Part shown: piece after piece, positions 17,548 to 25,896 of the stretch
Numbering within the stretch: position 1 is the stretch's first letter
Layout: each line of letters begins with the position of its first letter
Source: Elusimicrobiota bacterium
Lineage (GTDB): Bacteria > Elusimicrobiota > Elusimicrobia > UBA1565
Direction of reading: 5' to 3'
Length of the DNA stretch: 28,179 nt
NCBI GenBank assembly: GCA_043819795.1
Contig: JBDREN010000041.1
Span: 1 to 28,179, forward strand
Made by a program: the position numbers and the translations under genes
Notes under the pieces: generated by a model
What the model was told of the DNA's origin: nothing
Database searches by the model: none
Seen by the model: only the letters and a program-made list of their open reading frames with translations

Positions 17548-18444
17548 TTACCAGGCGCGAAGAGTCCGGCGCAGGGCCTCGACCAGAAGCGCCATGCGCG
17601 GGTAATCGAGGGTTTCGGGGGTGTCGGTCGGCATGTGGTAGTGGGGGTTGCGGTACATGGCGGTGTCGGTCAGCATCGCGGCCGGGTAGCTTTCCTTCCA
17701 GAACGACAGGTGGTCGGAGAGGCTCACGCCCGGCACCCAGCGCGGCAGAGCCGCCGTTTCGATCCGGACCCCCTCCCGCCGCAGGCCTTCGGCCATGCGC
17801 TTGATGAGGTCCCGGGAGCCGAAGTCCGAGACCAGCGCCAGGAAGTCGGCGGACTCGGGATAGAAGCGCGCGAGGAAGGGGGGATACGCCTGCGACCCGG
17901 GCCGGGAGTCGTAGTAGCCGAGCATCTCGAGGCTCAGCATCCCGGCGACCGCCGTCCCGTCGGCGCGGAGCCGCTTGGCGTGGAAGGCGGAGCCCATCTC
18001 GCCGGTGGCGAAGTGCGGGGGCTCCTCGCTCGCGAAGGAGACGAAGCGGGCGGGCATCGGCAGCCGGGAGCGCCTCACGGCCGCGGCCAGCTCGAGCAGC
18101 ACCGCCACGCCGCTCGCGTTGTCGTCGGCTCCCGGAGTGCCGGGAGCGCTGTCGTAGTGGGCGCCGATGATCAGGAGCGGGCGGCGCGTGCCGGCGGGCT
18201 CGGTTTCGACGAAGAGGTTCCTGCATGTCCCGTCTCCGACGGGGTACTCCTCGCGGCGGACCCGGTAGCCGGCTCCGGTCCAAGTCTGCTCGATGTAGAG
18301 GGCGGCCCGCGCGAGCGCTTCGGGCCGGAGGATGTTGCGCTCCCCGATGTAGCCGGCTAGGCGGCGGACGTGAAGCTCGAGCCGTTCGGAAAGAGCCGGC
18401 CCCGCGCCGCCGAAGGCGGCGCGGGGCCTCTCGGCGGGTTCCAC
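17548..18444 (-). CDS. M28-family metallopeptidase
   Basis: Motifs IGAHYDS, PGADDNASG, FASEEPP, SLEMLG, SDH.SFW, RNPHYH..TDT; no signal peptide. Confidence 0.9.
   Translation of the reverse strand: MEPAERPRAAFGGAGPALSERLELHVRRLAGYIGERNILRPEALARAALYIEQTWTGAGYRVRREEYPVGDGTCRNLFVETEPAGTRRPLLIIGAHYDSAPGTPGADDNASGVAVLLELAAAVRRSRLPMPARFVSFASEEPPHFATGEMGSAFHAKRLRADGTAVAGMLSLEMLGYYDSRPGSQAYPPFLARFYPESADFLALVSDFGSRDLIKRMAEGLRREGVRIETAALPRWVPGVSLSDHLSFWKESYPAAMLTDTAMYRNPHYHMPTDTPETLDYPRMALLVEALRRTLRAW
18398..18428. terminator. Perfect 14-bp GC hairpin 20 nt after the stop of the large metallopeptidase gene
   Basis: GGCCCCGCGCCGCC-GAA-GGCGGCGCGGGGCC. Only a weak U-tract on the minus strand, and it lies inside the 5' end of the M28 ORF. 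Confidence 0.45.
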
Positions 18445-18448
18445 CGCC

Positions 18449-20821
18449 CTATCCGCGGAGGGTGCGGACGAAGCCGGTCACGGCGCCCGCCAGGCGCGCG
18501 GTGAAGCCCGTCCGGACGACGCCGGCTGCGACCTCGCCGGGCCTGGGCTCCTTGACCGAGATGTCGTGGGCTTGGGCCGCGGCCTGGATCTCCTTGAAGT
18601 GGGGAGCGTGGCCGCTTTCATCGAGGTCGCGCAGAAGGACCGCTTCGATCGCGGCCGGGATCGAGCGGACGTTGGCGTACAAGACGGGCAGGACCAGGTT
18701 CTCGGCCACCGCCGAGGCCTTATCGGCCGCCTGGCCGGAGGTCAGGCCCGCGGCCTCGAACGACGCGATGAGGGCCTTGCGCAGCTTCCAGGCGAAGCCC
18801 ATGAAGGCCTGCCCCTGCTCGTGGGCCTCGTCCCGGGACCGGTACTGGTAGTCGTTCTCGCCGTTCCGGATGTACTCCCGGCTTCCGCTGTTGAAGAAGC
18901 CCCGGCCGATGATGGGCTGGGCGGTCATGTACATCGCGATGATGTCGCCCCAGCCCTCGCTCAGCGCGGAGTGGACGATGCCGCCGATCGCGTCGTCATA
19001 GGCGTGGCCGTCTTCGTGGATGATGACGTCGCTGTAGCCCGTGTTGACGCACCGGCTGCTCGCCTTGAAGAAGTTGATGCTCGGGTTCCACGGGGTGTAG
19101 TACGCGTTGCAGTCTTGGTCGATGTTGACCTTGGCTCGGATCGGCTGGTTCATGTCCTCGGCCTCGACGCCGCGCGCCGCGAGCCAGTCGTGCACGTGGG
19201 TCGTATGGTAGTAGGCGTTGACCTGGGCGACGGCGTTTTCGTCGGCGCCCTGGGGATTGAAGATCGCCTGAAGGGTCTCGCCGGGCTTGGCGGTCACTTT
19301 CAGCACGAGGTCTTTCCCCTCCTGGTCCTGCACGGTGACGTACCGGCCCGTCAAGCGCACCGTCAGCTCGATAGGCTGGTCGCCCTTCCCTTCCACGACG
19401 AACTTGCCCTGGGCGTCCGCGTAGTACTTCTTGCCCTGCGAGGTCTGGATCTGGATGTGGCCCAGCGGCAGCGTCGTGATCGGGGTGTCCGCTTTCTGGG
19501 GCCCGTCCGCCACGCCGCGGCCCGCCACGCCGTCGGGAGCGGGCTCGGTCTCGAGGGCCCGCTCCGCGGCCCGGTCCTCCCGGTTCCCAAGGAGCGTCAT
19601 CCGGGCGTCCCAGGCGAAGGACTCGCCCGTGTTGATGTCGACGGCGGCGATCAGGGTCTTGCTTTCGGAGAATACCAGATGCACCGCGCGCCAGCGGCCG
19701 CCCAGGTGCATGATCTTCTTGCCGACGCGGCGGAGGTCGCTTCGGGAGTCGGCGGGCCGTCCGAGCCGATCGAACGCCTTTTGGAGGACCTGGCCGTCCG
19801 AGAGGCGGCCCATCGTGTGGACCGAGATGCGCGGGTAGAGCTGCGCGCTCGACGAGACGAGGACGGCCTTGCCGCCGATGAGCTTTACGGTGAAGCTCAG
19901 GTACGTCCCTTCGACCGGAAGCGACCGGATGTGCTGGCGGAAGCTCACGTAGACCGTGTCGGCGAGGCCCTCCCTGCCGGCGACCTTGCGGGACACGACC
20001 GTCTGGAGGGAGTCGGGAGAGAGCCCTCCGAAGCGCCGGGGGTCGCTGGCCACGAGATCTCGCAGCGCCGCCTCGACGCCGCGGGCGTCATTGGGGTCGC
20101 CCGGAAGAGTGACCGGCTGGACGGAGGACCGGCGGAAGATGCGGCCCAGCAGCGTCGGCTGATCCGCGGCGCCCGGGATGTGGAGCCGGTTCCACGTCAC
20201 GCGCTGGGTCTCGGTCTCGCCCGGCTGCTGCGGTCGCGGTCCGAGTTCCACGCCCGGCGCGCGCGCGCCTTCCTCGGGAAGGATGCCGAGGCCGCGCGTG
20301 GAGCCGCCGGTCCCGTCGAAGATATCCTGGGTCCTGCCGCGGCGTACCGTCTGGTTGAGGGCTGAAAGCATGCGGCGCAGCGGGCTGGTCTTAGGCGCCG
20401 CCTTCCGGACGGGACGCGCCTCCGCGTTCTCGGCGCGGGTGACGGCCGGCTCGGCGTTGTCCGTTCGGTCGGCCGCGGGAACGAGCTGGAGCCCCGGAGC
20501 GGCGGCCTGCGCCGCGGCGGCGGCCGCAACGGCCGCGAGGGGCCTGACTTCTAAGCCATGCTGCAGCGTCGGCTGCGGAGCGGCGGATGGCGGGAGCCCC
20601 GAGCGAAGGGAGGGACCGGCTATCGCCGAGCCGCCAAGCCGGGGCGTGACCGAGATCTGACGGATCGCGGCGCCGGCCGCCCCGGACGCGACCGGAGCGG
20701 CGCCCGGGTTCGCGACGGCGGTGACTTGCGCCCAGCTCATGGCCGCGGGATCGGCGAACAGCAAAGCCGCGGCGAGCGTCGCGGCCGAAGATTTCTTAAG
20801 ACAGCGGATCATCGAGTTCAT
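18449..20821 (-). CDS. Secreted thermolysin/fungalysin-like (M4/M36) zinc metallopeptidase with a long propeptide (790 aa)
   Basis: SD GGAGG and -10 TAGTAT support ATG 20821. Signal peptide, Ala/Pro-rich leader, FTP-like 'VSFRQ...LPVEG', CNAYY, HEDGH (HExxH), and LSEGWGD (third zinc ligand). Confidence 0.85.
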   Translation of the reverse strand: MNSMIRCLKKSSAATLAAALLFADPAAMSWAQVTAVANPGAAPVASGAAGAAIRQISVTPRLGGSAIAGPSLRSGLPPSAAPQPTLQHGLEVRPLAAVAAAAAAQAAAPGLQLVPAADRTDNAEPAVTRAENAEARPVRKAAPKTSPLRRMLSALNQTVRRGRTQDIFDGTGGSTRGLGILPEEGARAPGVELGPRPQQPGETETQRVTWNRLHIPGAADQPTLLGRIFRRSSVQPVTLPGDPNDARGVEAALRDLVASDPRRFGGLSPDSLQTVVSRKVAGREGLADTVYVSFRQHIRSLPVEGTYLSFTVKLIGGKAVLVSSSAQLYPRISVHTMGRLSDGQVLQKAFDRLGRPADSRSDLRRVGKKIMHLGGRWRAVHLVFSESKTLIAAVDINTGESFAWDARMTLLGNREDRAAERALETEPAPDGVAGRGVADGPQKADTPITTLPLGHIQIQTSQGKKYYADAQGKFVVEGKGDQPIELTVRLTGRYVTVQDQEGKDLVLKVTAKPGETLQAIFNPQGADENAVAQVNAYYHTTHVHDWLAARGVEAEDMNQPIRAKVNIDQDCNAYYTPWNPSINFFKASSRCVNTGYSDVIIHEDGHAYDDAIGGIVHSALSEGWGDIIAMYMTAQPIIGRGFFNSGSREYIRNGENDYQYRSRDEAHEQGQAFMGFAWKLRKALIASFEAAGLTSGQAADKASAVAENLVLPVLYANVRSIPAAIEAVLLRDLDESGHAPHFKEIQAAAQAHDISVKEPRPGEVAAGVVRTGFTARLAGAVTGFVRTLRG

Positions 20822-20840
20822 GGCGTATCCCTCCACAACC

Positions 20841-20987
20841 ATACTACCTCAATCGCGCCGGATTTCCTTGAGTCCTCCGGCCCTTTTTTCGCCGGAAATG
20901 GGCCTAAACCTTTGTGGGACCATCGGGCGGAGGGTTTTCAGGTCGGTGGGCGGCGCTGATTTTTCAACGTCCTATTTAAGGTAGAAT
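20841..20987. promoter_or_regulatory. Divergent promoter region with three periodic 13-bp motifs
   Basis: -10 TAGTAT (minus, 20841-20846) and TAGAAT (plus, 20982-20987). Motifs at 20871, 20893 and 20917. Confidence 0.45.
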
Positions 20988-21037
20988 GGGGCGAAGCCGC
21001 CCGCGGGCACGCCGCGGGCGCGTTTGCTGGAAGGAGC

Positions 21038-22043
21038 ATGCGGATGCCGCCATCGTCTCGGAGGGGTTTCCTGAAGCGCTCGGCTCGTCGGCGACGGGAT
21101 TGCGCCGCCGCGGTCCTTCTGCTGCTGGCGTCGGGCGGGACGGCGTCGGCCGGCGTCCCCTTCCGCAGGGCGCTCGGGCAGGCGCCCATCCCCACAGGGG
21201 ACGACCTCGACCGGTTCCAGACCGGCAGCGTGCGCGTCGGGCATTTCTTCCCGGGACGCGACGGCGCCGCCGCTGCCCGGCCGGACGCCAGCGGAACGGC
21301 CTGCAACCTCTACCAGCTGACCCTCCTCGACGCGTTTCGCGGGAGCCGGCTCGGATTTTTGGCCGACCTGCTGGCCATTACGGACCGGGACCGGGGCAAC
21401 TCCGCCCTTCCCACACAGTTCGGCTACCTGTTGGGGATCGGCACCCGCAAAGGCCCCTGGCGCATCCAGTTCGACCGCGAGGAGATCCTTCCGCTCGACC
21501 GGAAAGGCCTCAGCTACCGGTATTGGGACGCGCGCGTCGGGGCGATCTTCGAGACCGGCCTCCTGCGGCCGAAGATGACGGGGCCCAGGTACAGGCAGCC
21601 GCGGGCCCGGGACGACCGCCGCGGCCGCCTGCGCGGCGAGCTGGCCGTGGGGTACTTCCTGCACAACAACAGCTTCCCGGCTCGTTCGGATCTGACCGGG
21701 ATCGCCCTCCTTCGCTACAACGCGCGCGCGGTCCTCAGCAGCGAGGGCGGGACCCCTGCGGCTGATGGCCGAGGCCGACTTCCTGACCGACGAGCACAAG
21801 CGGCGCTACGCGCCGGCGAACCTGGACTTGTCCGTGGGCGTCGGCCTGAACCTAGGAGCCTACGACGTGGCCTTCACGCGCGAGAGCAGCGATATCCTCG
21901 ACCGTCCGGGATACGACGCCTACTACCTGCTTACCTTAGCCATCCCCTTCGATCTTCGCGAGAAGGACCGCAAGCCTAACAATATGGGCCGTCGGGCCCA
22001 AAAAATATACGGGCATTCGGCCCAACCGCGGCTTGGGTCTTAA
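21038..22043 (+). pseudogene. Exported, beta-strand-rich (outer-membrane-like) protein with a two-fold internal repeat, split by a +1 frameshift near 21749-21756
   Basis: SD AAGGAG and a signal-like N-terminus. The second repeat starts in the 21038 frame and continues in the 21765 frame (LRLMAEADFLTD..LDRPG matches LGFLADLLAITD..LDRKG). Confidence 0.7.
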
Positions 22044-22062
22044 GGGCAAAATGTGGTAGACT
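21965..22062 (+). promoter_or_regulatory. Subtilase promoter: periodic 13-bp motifs plus an extended -10
   Basis: Motifs at 21965, 21987, 22011 and 22035; TGGTAGACT at 22054-22062; SD AGGAGG before ATG 22109. Confidence 0.5.
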
Positions 22063-22108
22063 TACTTACCCTCCGCAGTGAGGGTGACACCGACGAACAG
22101 GAGGCGCA

Positions 22109-23296
22109 ATGCGGTCACTGCTGATCTTGGTCTTCTCTCTGGCGGCTGTCGGGCAAGCCTGGGCGGGCGGCTCCCGCCTGATCGTAGGGTTCCACAAGCA
22201 CGCGAGCGCGGAGCAGCGCGACGCGGTCCTCGATAAGTTCGGGATGAAGGCGATCGAGGAGCTTGACATCCTCAACGCCAAAGTCGTCGAGGCTCCGGGC
22301 GGCGAGTTCCGGCCGGCCGCGGTGCAGTTGATGGCGGAGCCCAGCGTCTTCTACGTCGAAGAGGATTTTCACACCAACTGGTTGGTCGGCGCCGGGGCGT
22401 CGTTCCAGCAGATGCCTCTGCCCAGTCTCGGCGCGATCATGCGGCAGCTTCCCGAGTTCGAGAAGAAGGACGCGACCGAGGGTGAGATGCCTTGGGGCAT
22501 CACCCGCGTGAACGCCGAGGCGGCGTGGCCCCATACCCAGGGGGAGAACGTCCGGGTCGCCGTCATCGACACCGGGATCGATTACAACCATCCCGACCTC
22601 GCCGCGAACTACGCCGGCGGCCACAACGCGATCGACTCCTCGAAGGAGCCGTTCGACGACCACAGCCACGGGACGCACGTGGCCGGGACGATCGGCGCGG
22701 TGGCGGACGGGAAGGGCGTCGTCGGTGTCGCGCCGAAGGCGAAGCTCTACGCCGTCAAGGTGCTCGACAAGAACGGCAGCGGTTTCCTGACGAGCATCAT
22801 CAAGGGCATCGTCTGGTGCGGACGCAACGAGATGCAGATCGCGAACATGTCCCTCGGGTCCCCGATGGGGAGCATCTTCATGCGCATGGCGGTGATGTAC
22901 TCGAAGTCCAAGGGCGTCGTCATGGTGGCGGCGGCGGGCAACTCGGGCGGCCGGGTCAGCTATCCGGGCGGCTACTCCGAGACGATCGCGGTCTCCGCGA
23001 GCGACGCGAACGACCGGATCGCCGAGTTCTCGAGCCGCGGCGAACAGGTGGACTTCATCGCCCCCGGAGTGGACGTGAAATCGACGTTGCCGGGCGGCGG
23101 GTACGGCCGCTACTCGGGGACCTCGATGGCCTCGCCGCACGTCGCGGGACTGGCGGCTCTGGCCGTCACGCAGGGGGCCGTGGGTTTTGACGCGGTCAAG
23201 GCCGCTTTGAAGAGCGCGGCCCAGCCGCTCGACGAGCTGAAGCCCACCGAGCAGGGACAGGGCCTGATCAACGCCGGGCTGCTGATCCGGAATTAG
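22109..23296 (+). CDS. Secreted subtilisin-like serine peptidase (S8A) with propeptide
   Basis: Signal peptide ending in AWA; catalytic triad motifs VAVIDTGID, HGTHVAG, GTSMASPHVAG; oxyanion motif AAAGN. Confidence 0.95.
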   Translation: MRSLLILVFSLAAVGQAWAGGSRLIVGFHKHASAEQRDAVLDKFGMKAIEELDILNAKVVEAPGGEFRPAAVQLMAEPSVFYVEEDFHTNWLVGAGASFQQMPLPSLGAIMRQLPEFEKKDATEGEMPWGITRVNAEAAWPHTQGENVRVAVIDTGIDYNHPDLAANYAGGHNAIDSSKEPFDDHSHGTHVAGTIGAVADGKGVVGVAPKAKLYAVKVLDKNGSGFLTSIIKGIVWCGRNEMQIANMSLGSPMGSIFMRMAVMYSKSKGVVMVAAAGNSGGRVSYPGGYSETIAVSASDANDRIAEFSSRGEQVDFIAPGVDVKSTLPGGGYGRYSGTSMASPHVAGLAALAVTQGAVGFDAVKAALKSAAQPLDELKPTEQGQGLINAGLLIRN

Positions 23297-23316
23297 CCTC
23301 GGGATCGGTGAAGAGA

Positions 23317-23355
23317 CCGGGCCGCGCCGGGCACGCAGGTGCCGGCGCGGCCCGG
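23317..23355. terminator. GC-rich hairpin between convergent genes (putative bidirectional terminator)
   Basis: 17-bp stem with one bulged G (CCGGGCCGCGCCGG-G-CAC / GTGCCGGCGCGGCCCGG); weak U-tracts. Confidence 0.6.
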
Positions 23356-23387
23356 CCCGTTTCAGCCGGAATATCCGGGATGGACTC

Positions 23388-23861
23388 TTAGCGGGAGCCG
23401 GTGTACTTCAGGCTGTAGGGAGCGTTCGTCGTGGCCAGGAAGCTCGTCTTGCCCCACCGGGTCTTGGCCTTGAGCTCATGCGGGACGCCGGCGGGCAGGA
23501 CGGCGTAGCCGCCGGGACCCAACACTTCCTCGAGCTCGCCCGCCTTCACCCACAGCTTCCCTTTCAGGACGACGAACGTCTCGTCGCAGGCGTGGGTGTG
23601 CTCGGGCACCGCGTAGCCGGCCGGGAACCGGACGATGGCCTGGATGCCTTGGGTGTCGGGGTCCTCGCGCAACAGGTGGTACTCCGATCCGGGGGGCAGG
23701 TTCGTGGAGGGTTTCCACTCCGAATCCTTGACCGTGCCGATGAAGAGCCCGTGCCCGAGCGGGGCGGGGTCCGCGGCGGTGCGGGCCCAGACTGCCCCCA
23801 GCGCGGCCAGGCCCGCGCCGAGGAGGAGTATCCGGAGGCGGAGGTCTTTGCGCGCGGGCAC
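23388..23861 (-). CDS. Exported cupin-domain protein (ChrR/DUF4437-like)
   Basis: Signal-like N-terminus; cupin motifs PEHTH..DE..VVLKG and PAGVPH. Confidence 0.8.
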   Translation of the reverse strand: MPARKDLRLRILLLGAGLAALGAVWARTAADPAPLGHGLFIGTVKDSEWKPSTNLPPGSEYHLLREDPDTQGIQAIVRFPAGYAVPEHTHACDETFVVLKGKLWVKAGELEEVLGPGGYAVLPAGVPHELKAKTRWGKTSFLATTNAPYSLKYTGSR

Positions 23862-23868
23862 GGCGGCT

Positions 23869-23899
23869 ATTGTACATGAAAGGTTCTTTCGGATACAAT
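23869..23899. promoter_or_regulatory. Back-to-back -10 boxes driving leaderless divergent transcripts
   Basis: TACAAT on minus (23869-23874) 7 nt before GTG 23861, and TACAAT on plus (23894-23899) 7 nt before ATG 23907. Confidence 0.6.
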
Positions 23900-23906
23900 C
23901 CGGACC

Positions 23907-23948
23907 ATGAGCGGGCGAGCGGACCGCGCTCCCGGAGAGCGCTCGTGA
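23907..23948 (+). CDS. Putative 13-aa leaderless uORF (MSGRADRAPGERS)
   Basis: ATG at the predicted +1; its TGA overlaps the GTG of the thioredoxin-like gene. Confidence 0.35.
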   Translation: MSGRADRAPGERS

Positions 23949-24409
23949 GGGCGCTTCTCCTTGCGCTGGTGGTCGCGGGTATCGGAGCGGCCGCCGCGTT
24001 CCCGGCGGCGTCGCAGGACCGGCGCGCGGTGGGCTACCTCGCGATGTACAAGCCGGGCCGGTTCCGGCAACTGCAGCGGCAGGGGCGCATGGTCGTCCTC
24101 CAGTTCCATTCCGACAGCTGTGAGCTCTGCGTCCGGCAGGAGGAGTCCTTGGAGCGCCTGGCCCGGGAGACGGGCGGGATCAAGGCGGTCTTCCTGCAGG
24201 TGGATTTCGACGCAGAGGGGGACCTGCGCGAGCGCTATCGGGTGAGCGCGCCCATGACGCTGCTCTTGTTCCGGGGCGAGAGCCTGCTGGCCCGCGAGAC
24301 GGGGCTTTCCACCGAGGACGAGATCCGGACGTTCGTGCGCGAGGAGGTCCAGCGCTCGCGAGGCAGGCCCAAGCCCCGGCCCAAGAGGCTCTTCCTCCCG
24401 AAGCGCTGA
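23945..24409 (+). CDS. Exported thioredoxin-family protein (CELC active site)
   Basis: GTG start with GGAGAG upstream and a signal peptide. Motifs VVLQFHSDSCELC, VDFD, cis-Pro-type APMTLLLFRG; basic C-terminal tail. Confidence 0.8.
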   Translation: MRALLLALVVAGIGAAAAFPAASQDRRAVGYLAMYKPGRFRQLQRQGRMVVLQFHSDSCELCVRQEESLERLARETGGIKAVFLQVDFDAEGDLRERYRVSAPMTLLLFRGESLLARETGLSTEDEIRTFVREEVQRSRGRPKPRPKRLFLPKR

Positions 24410-24427
24410 GCCGGGCTCATACTACAC

Positions 24428-24994
24428 CTAGCGGAAGGCGATCGACTGGACGAAGGCCTCGAGCGCTCCCCTGTCCTTGGCGGCCCGCAGCAGTGGAGCG
24501 GCGTGCTCGATGAGGAACGCGTTGCCGTCGTGCTCGAAGGCGAAGACCCGCTGGGCGTACTCCCCCGTCGCGTAGGCGCGCAGCAGGCTCACCTCGAAAC
24601 CGCGGCGCGCGCCGATCGCCGCCTCCTCCATCCTGAGGTCCTGGACGCCGGAGCTGCGCCGCAACGGACCGTAGACCCGCTTCTCTATGAGCCGCTTGAG
24701 CCGGTCTTGCCGGAGCGGATAGACGCGCACCGAGAGGTTGGCCTCCTCGGCGCTCGTGCGGGAGCGGCGTACGAGCGTCATGATCTTGCCGGGTCCGGGA
24801 CCCTCCTCGGTGATCAAGAACCCGCGCGGCAGCACGCAGGTGAAGCGGTAGAGCGTGTTGTAGCAGGGGCTCGGCGCCCTGCGGACCGACGGCGGCGCGA
24901 CGGATCCCGGTCGCGGCCGGACGAGCTCGGGGACCCGCGGGGCGCACGCGGCGAGCAGGACCGCGGCCGCGCCCAGAGCGTGGGAGGCCCGCAT
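24428..24994 (-). CDS. Hypothetical lipoprotein (possibly PsbP-like fold)
   Basis: TGATG overlap with the OmpA-domain gene stop; lipobox LLAAC. Confidence 0.75.
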   Translation of the reverse strand: MRASHALGAAAVLLAACAPRVPELVRPRPGSVAPPSVRRAPSPCYNTLYRFTCVLPRGFLITEEGPGPGKIMTLVRRSRTSAEEANLSVRVYPLRQDRLKRLIEKRVYGPLRRSSGVQDLRMEEAAIGARRGFEVSLLRAYATGEYAQRVFAFEHDGNAFLIEHAAPLLRAAKDRGALEAFVQSIAFR

Positions 24995-25509
24995 CAGAAG
25001 ACGGTCCCCCACTTGCGGTTGATGAGCCGGAACTCGACGCGACGGTTCTTCTCTCGGTTCTCCGCCGAATCATTGGGGACCAGCGGCCTCGATTCGCCGA
25101 ACCCCTTGGCGCGGACGGCCTCGCCCATGACTCCCATCTCGACGAGGTAGTCCTTGACCGCCTCGGCCCGCTTCTGCGAGAGCCAGCGGTTGTAGCGTTC
25201 GTCGCCGAGGTCGCAGGTGTGGCCGAGCACCCACAGCTTGAGCCTGGGGTGCCGGAACATGAGGTCGGCCACCATCTCGAGCGTGCGCTTCGACTGGCGG
25301 CGCAGGACCGCCTTGCCGAGTTCGAACTCGATGGGGGGGATCTCCCTGCGCCGTATCCTGCTCTCGAGCTCCTCGAGCTCCCGCTGCGCCTGGGTCAGCT
25401 CGTCCTCCGCGTCGTCGAACCTGACGAGCGGCCGTCCCCGCGCCGAGCATACCGCAGCCGCCGCGGCGAGCAGGACCGATACGATCAGGATGACGCCGAA
25501 AGTCCGCAC
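24994..25509 (-). CDS. OmpA/MotB-like peptidoglycan-binding domain protein
   Basis: Signal peptide; motifs IEFELGKA.L, GHTCDLG...YN..LSQKRAEAV, GFGESRP, NRRVEF. Confidence 0.9.
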   Translation of the reverse strand: MRTFGVILIVSVLLAAAAAVCSARGRPLVRFDDAEDELTQAQRELEELESRIRRREIPPIEFELGKAVLRRQSKRTLEMVADLMFRHPRLKLWVLGHTCDLGDERYNRWLSQKRAEAVKDYLVEMGVMGEAVRAKGFGESRPLVPNDSAENREKNRRVEFRLINRKWGTVF

Positions 25510-25779
25510 CGGATGAGTTCCTTACCATATTGAGAGTAACACCCCCGCCGCCCGCGCGCAAGGGGTTTAGGACTCAATTCTTCCAGTAAACGTTTGAAGG
25601 AAAGCGCCGGGGACTGAGCCAGGCCCCGGCCGGCGGGGACGCGGTCGCGCTATAGGCGCGCCGCTCTGGCCTCGGCCTCCTGAAAGCGTAAGTCGGCCTC
25701 CGGCAAGCCCCGCCAGCCGGACCTGGCCCACCCGGCGCCCCGTTCTTCATCTTCCGGGCCCGGGTATAGGGCGCACCCC

Positions 25780-25807
25780 TTGACCGCTGCTGTTTGCGGC
25801 ATATACT
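25780..25807 (+). promoter_or_regulatory. Sigma70-type promoter
   Basis: TTGACC-16 nt-TATACT upstream of the 25897 gene. Confidence 0.6.
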
Positions 25808-25896
25808 AAGTAATGGCGGCCTTGAGTGCTTGACCCGGATCAGGGAAGCGGGACTCCGGGCAGTCCTCGCTGACGGCGCGTGTGGGAGGAGATCCG

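Noticed and set aside
1195..20365. Long antisense or alternate-frame ORFs (e.g. 1195-3309 -, 2283-4367 +, 7383-8867 -, 10145-11626 -, 18566-20365 +)
   Set aside because: Shadow ORFs expected from high-GC codon bias. They overlap well-supported genes and have no recognisable motifs.
23335..23350. 16-nt identity GCAGGTGCCGGCGCGG with 4619-4634
   Set aside because: About one such match is plausible by chance in 28 kb of GC-rich DNA, and the flanks do not align.
25574..25896. 132-aa minus-strand ORF (25574-25972) and several hairpins (e.g. 25606-25630, 25851-25866) as a riboswitch or ncRNA
   Set aside because: The ORF spans a promoter and has poor composition. The hairpins are short GC stems without recognisable riboswitch consensus.
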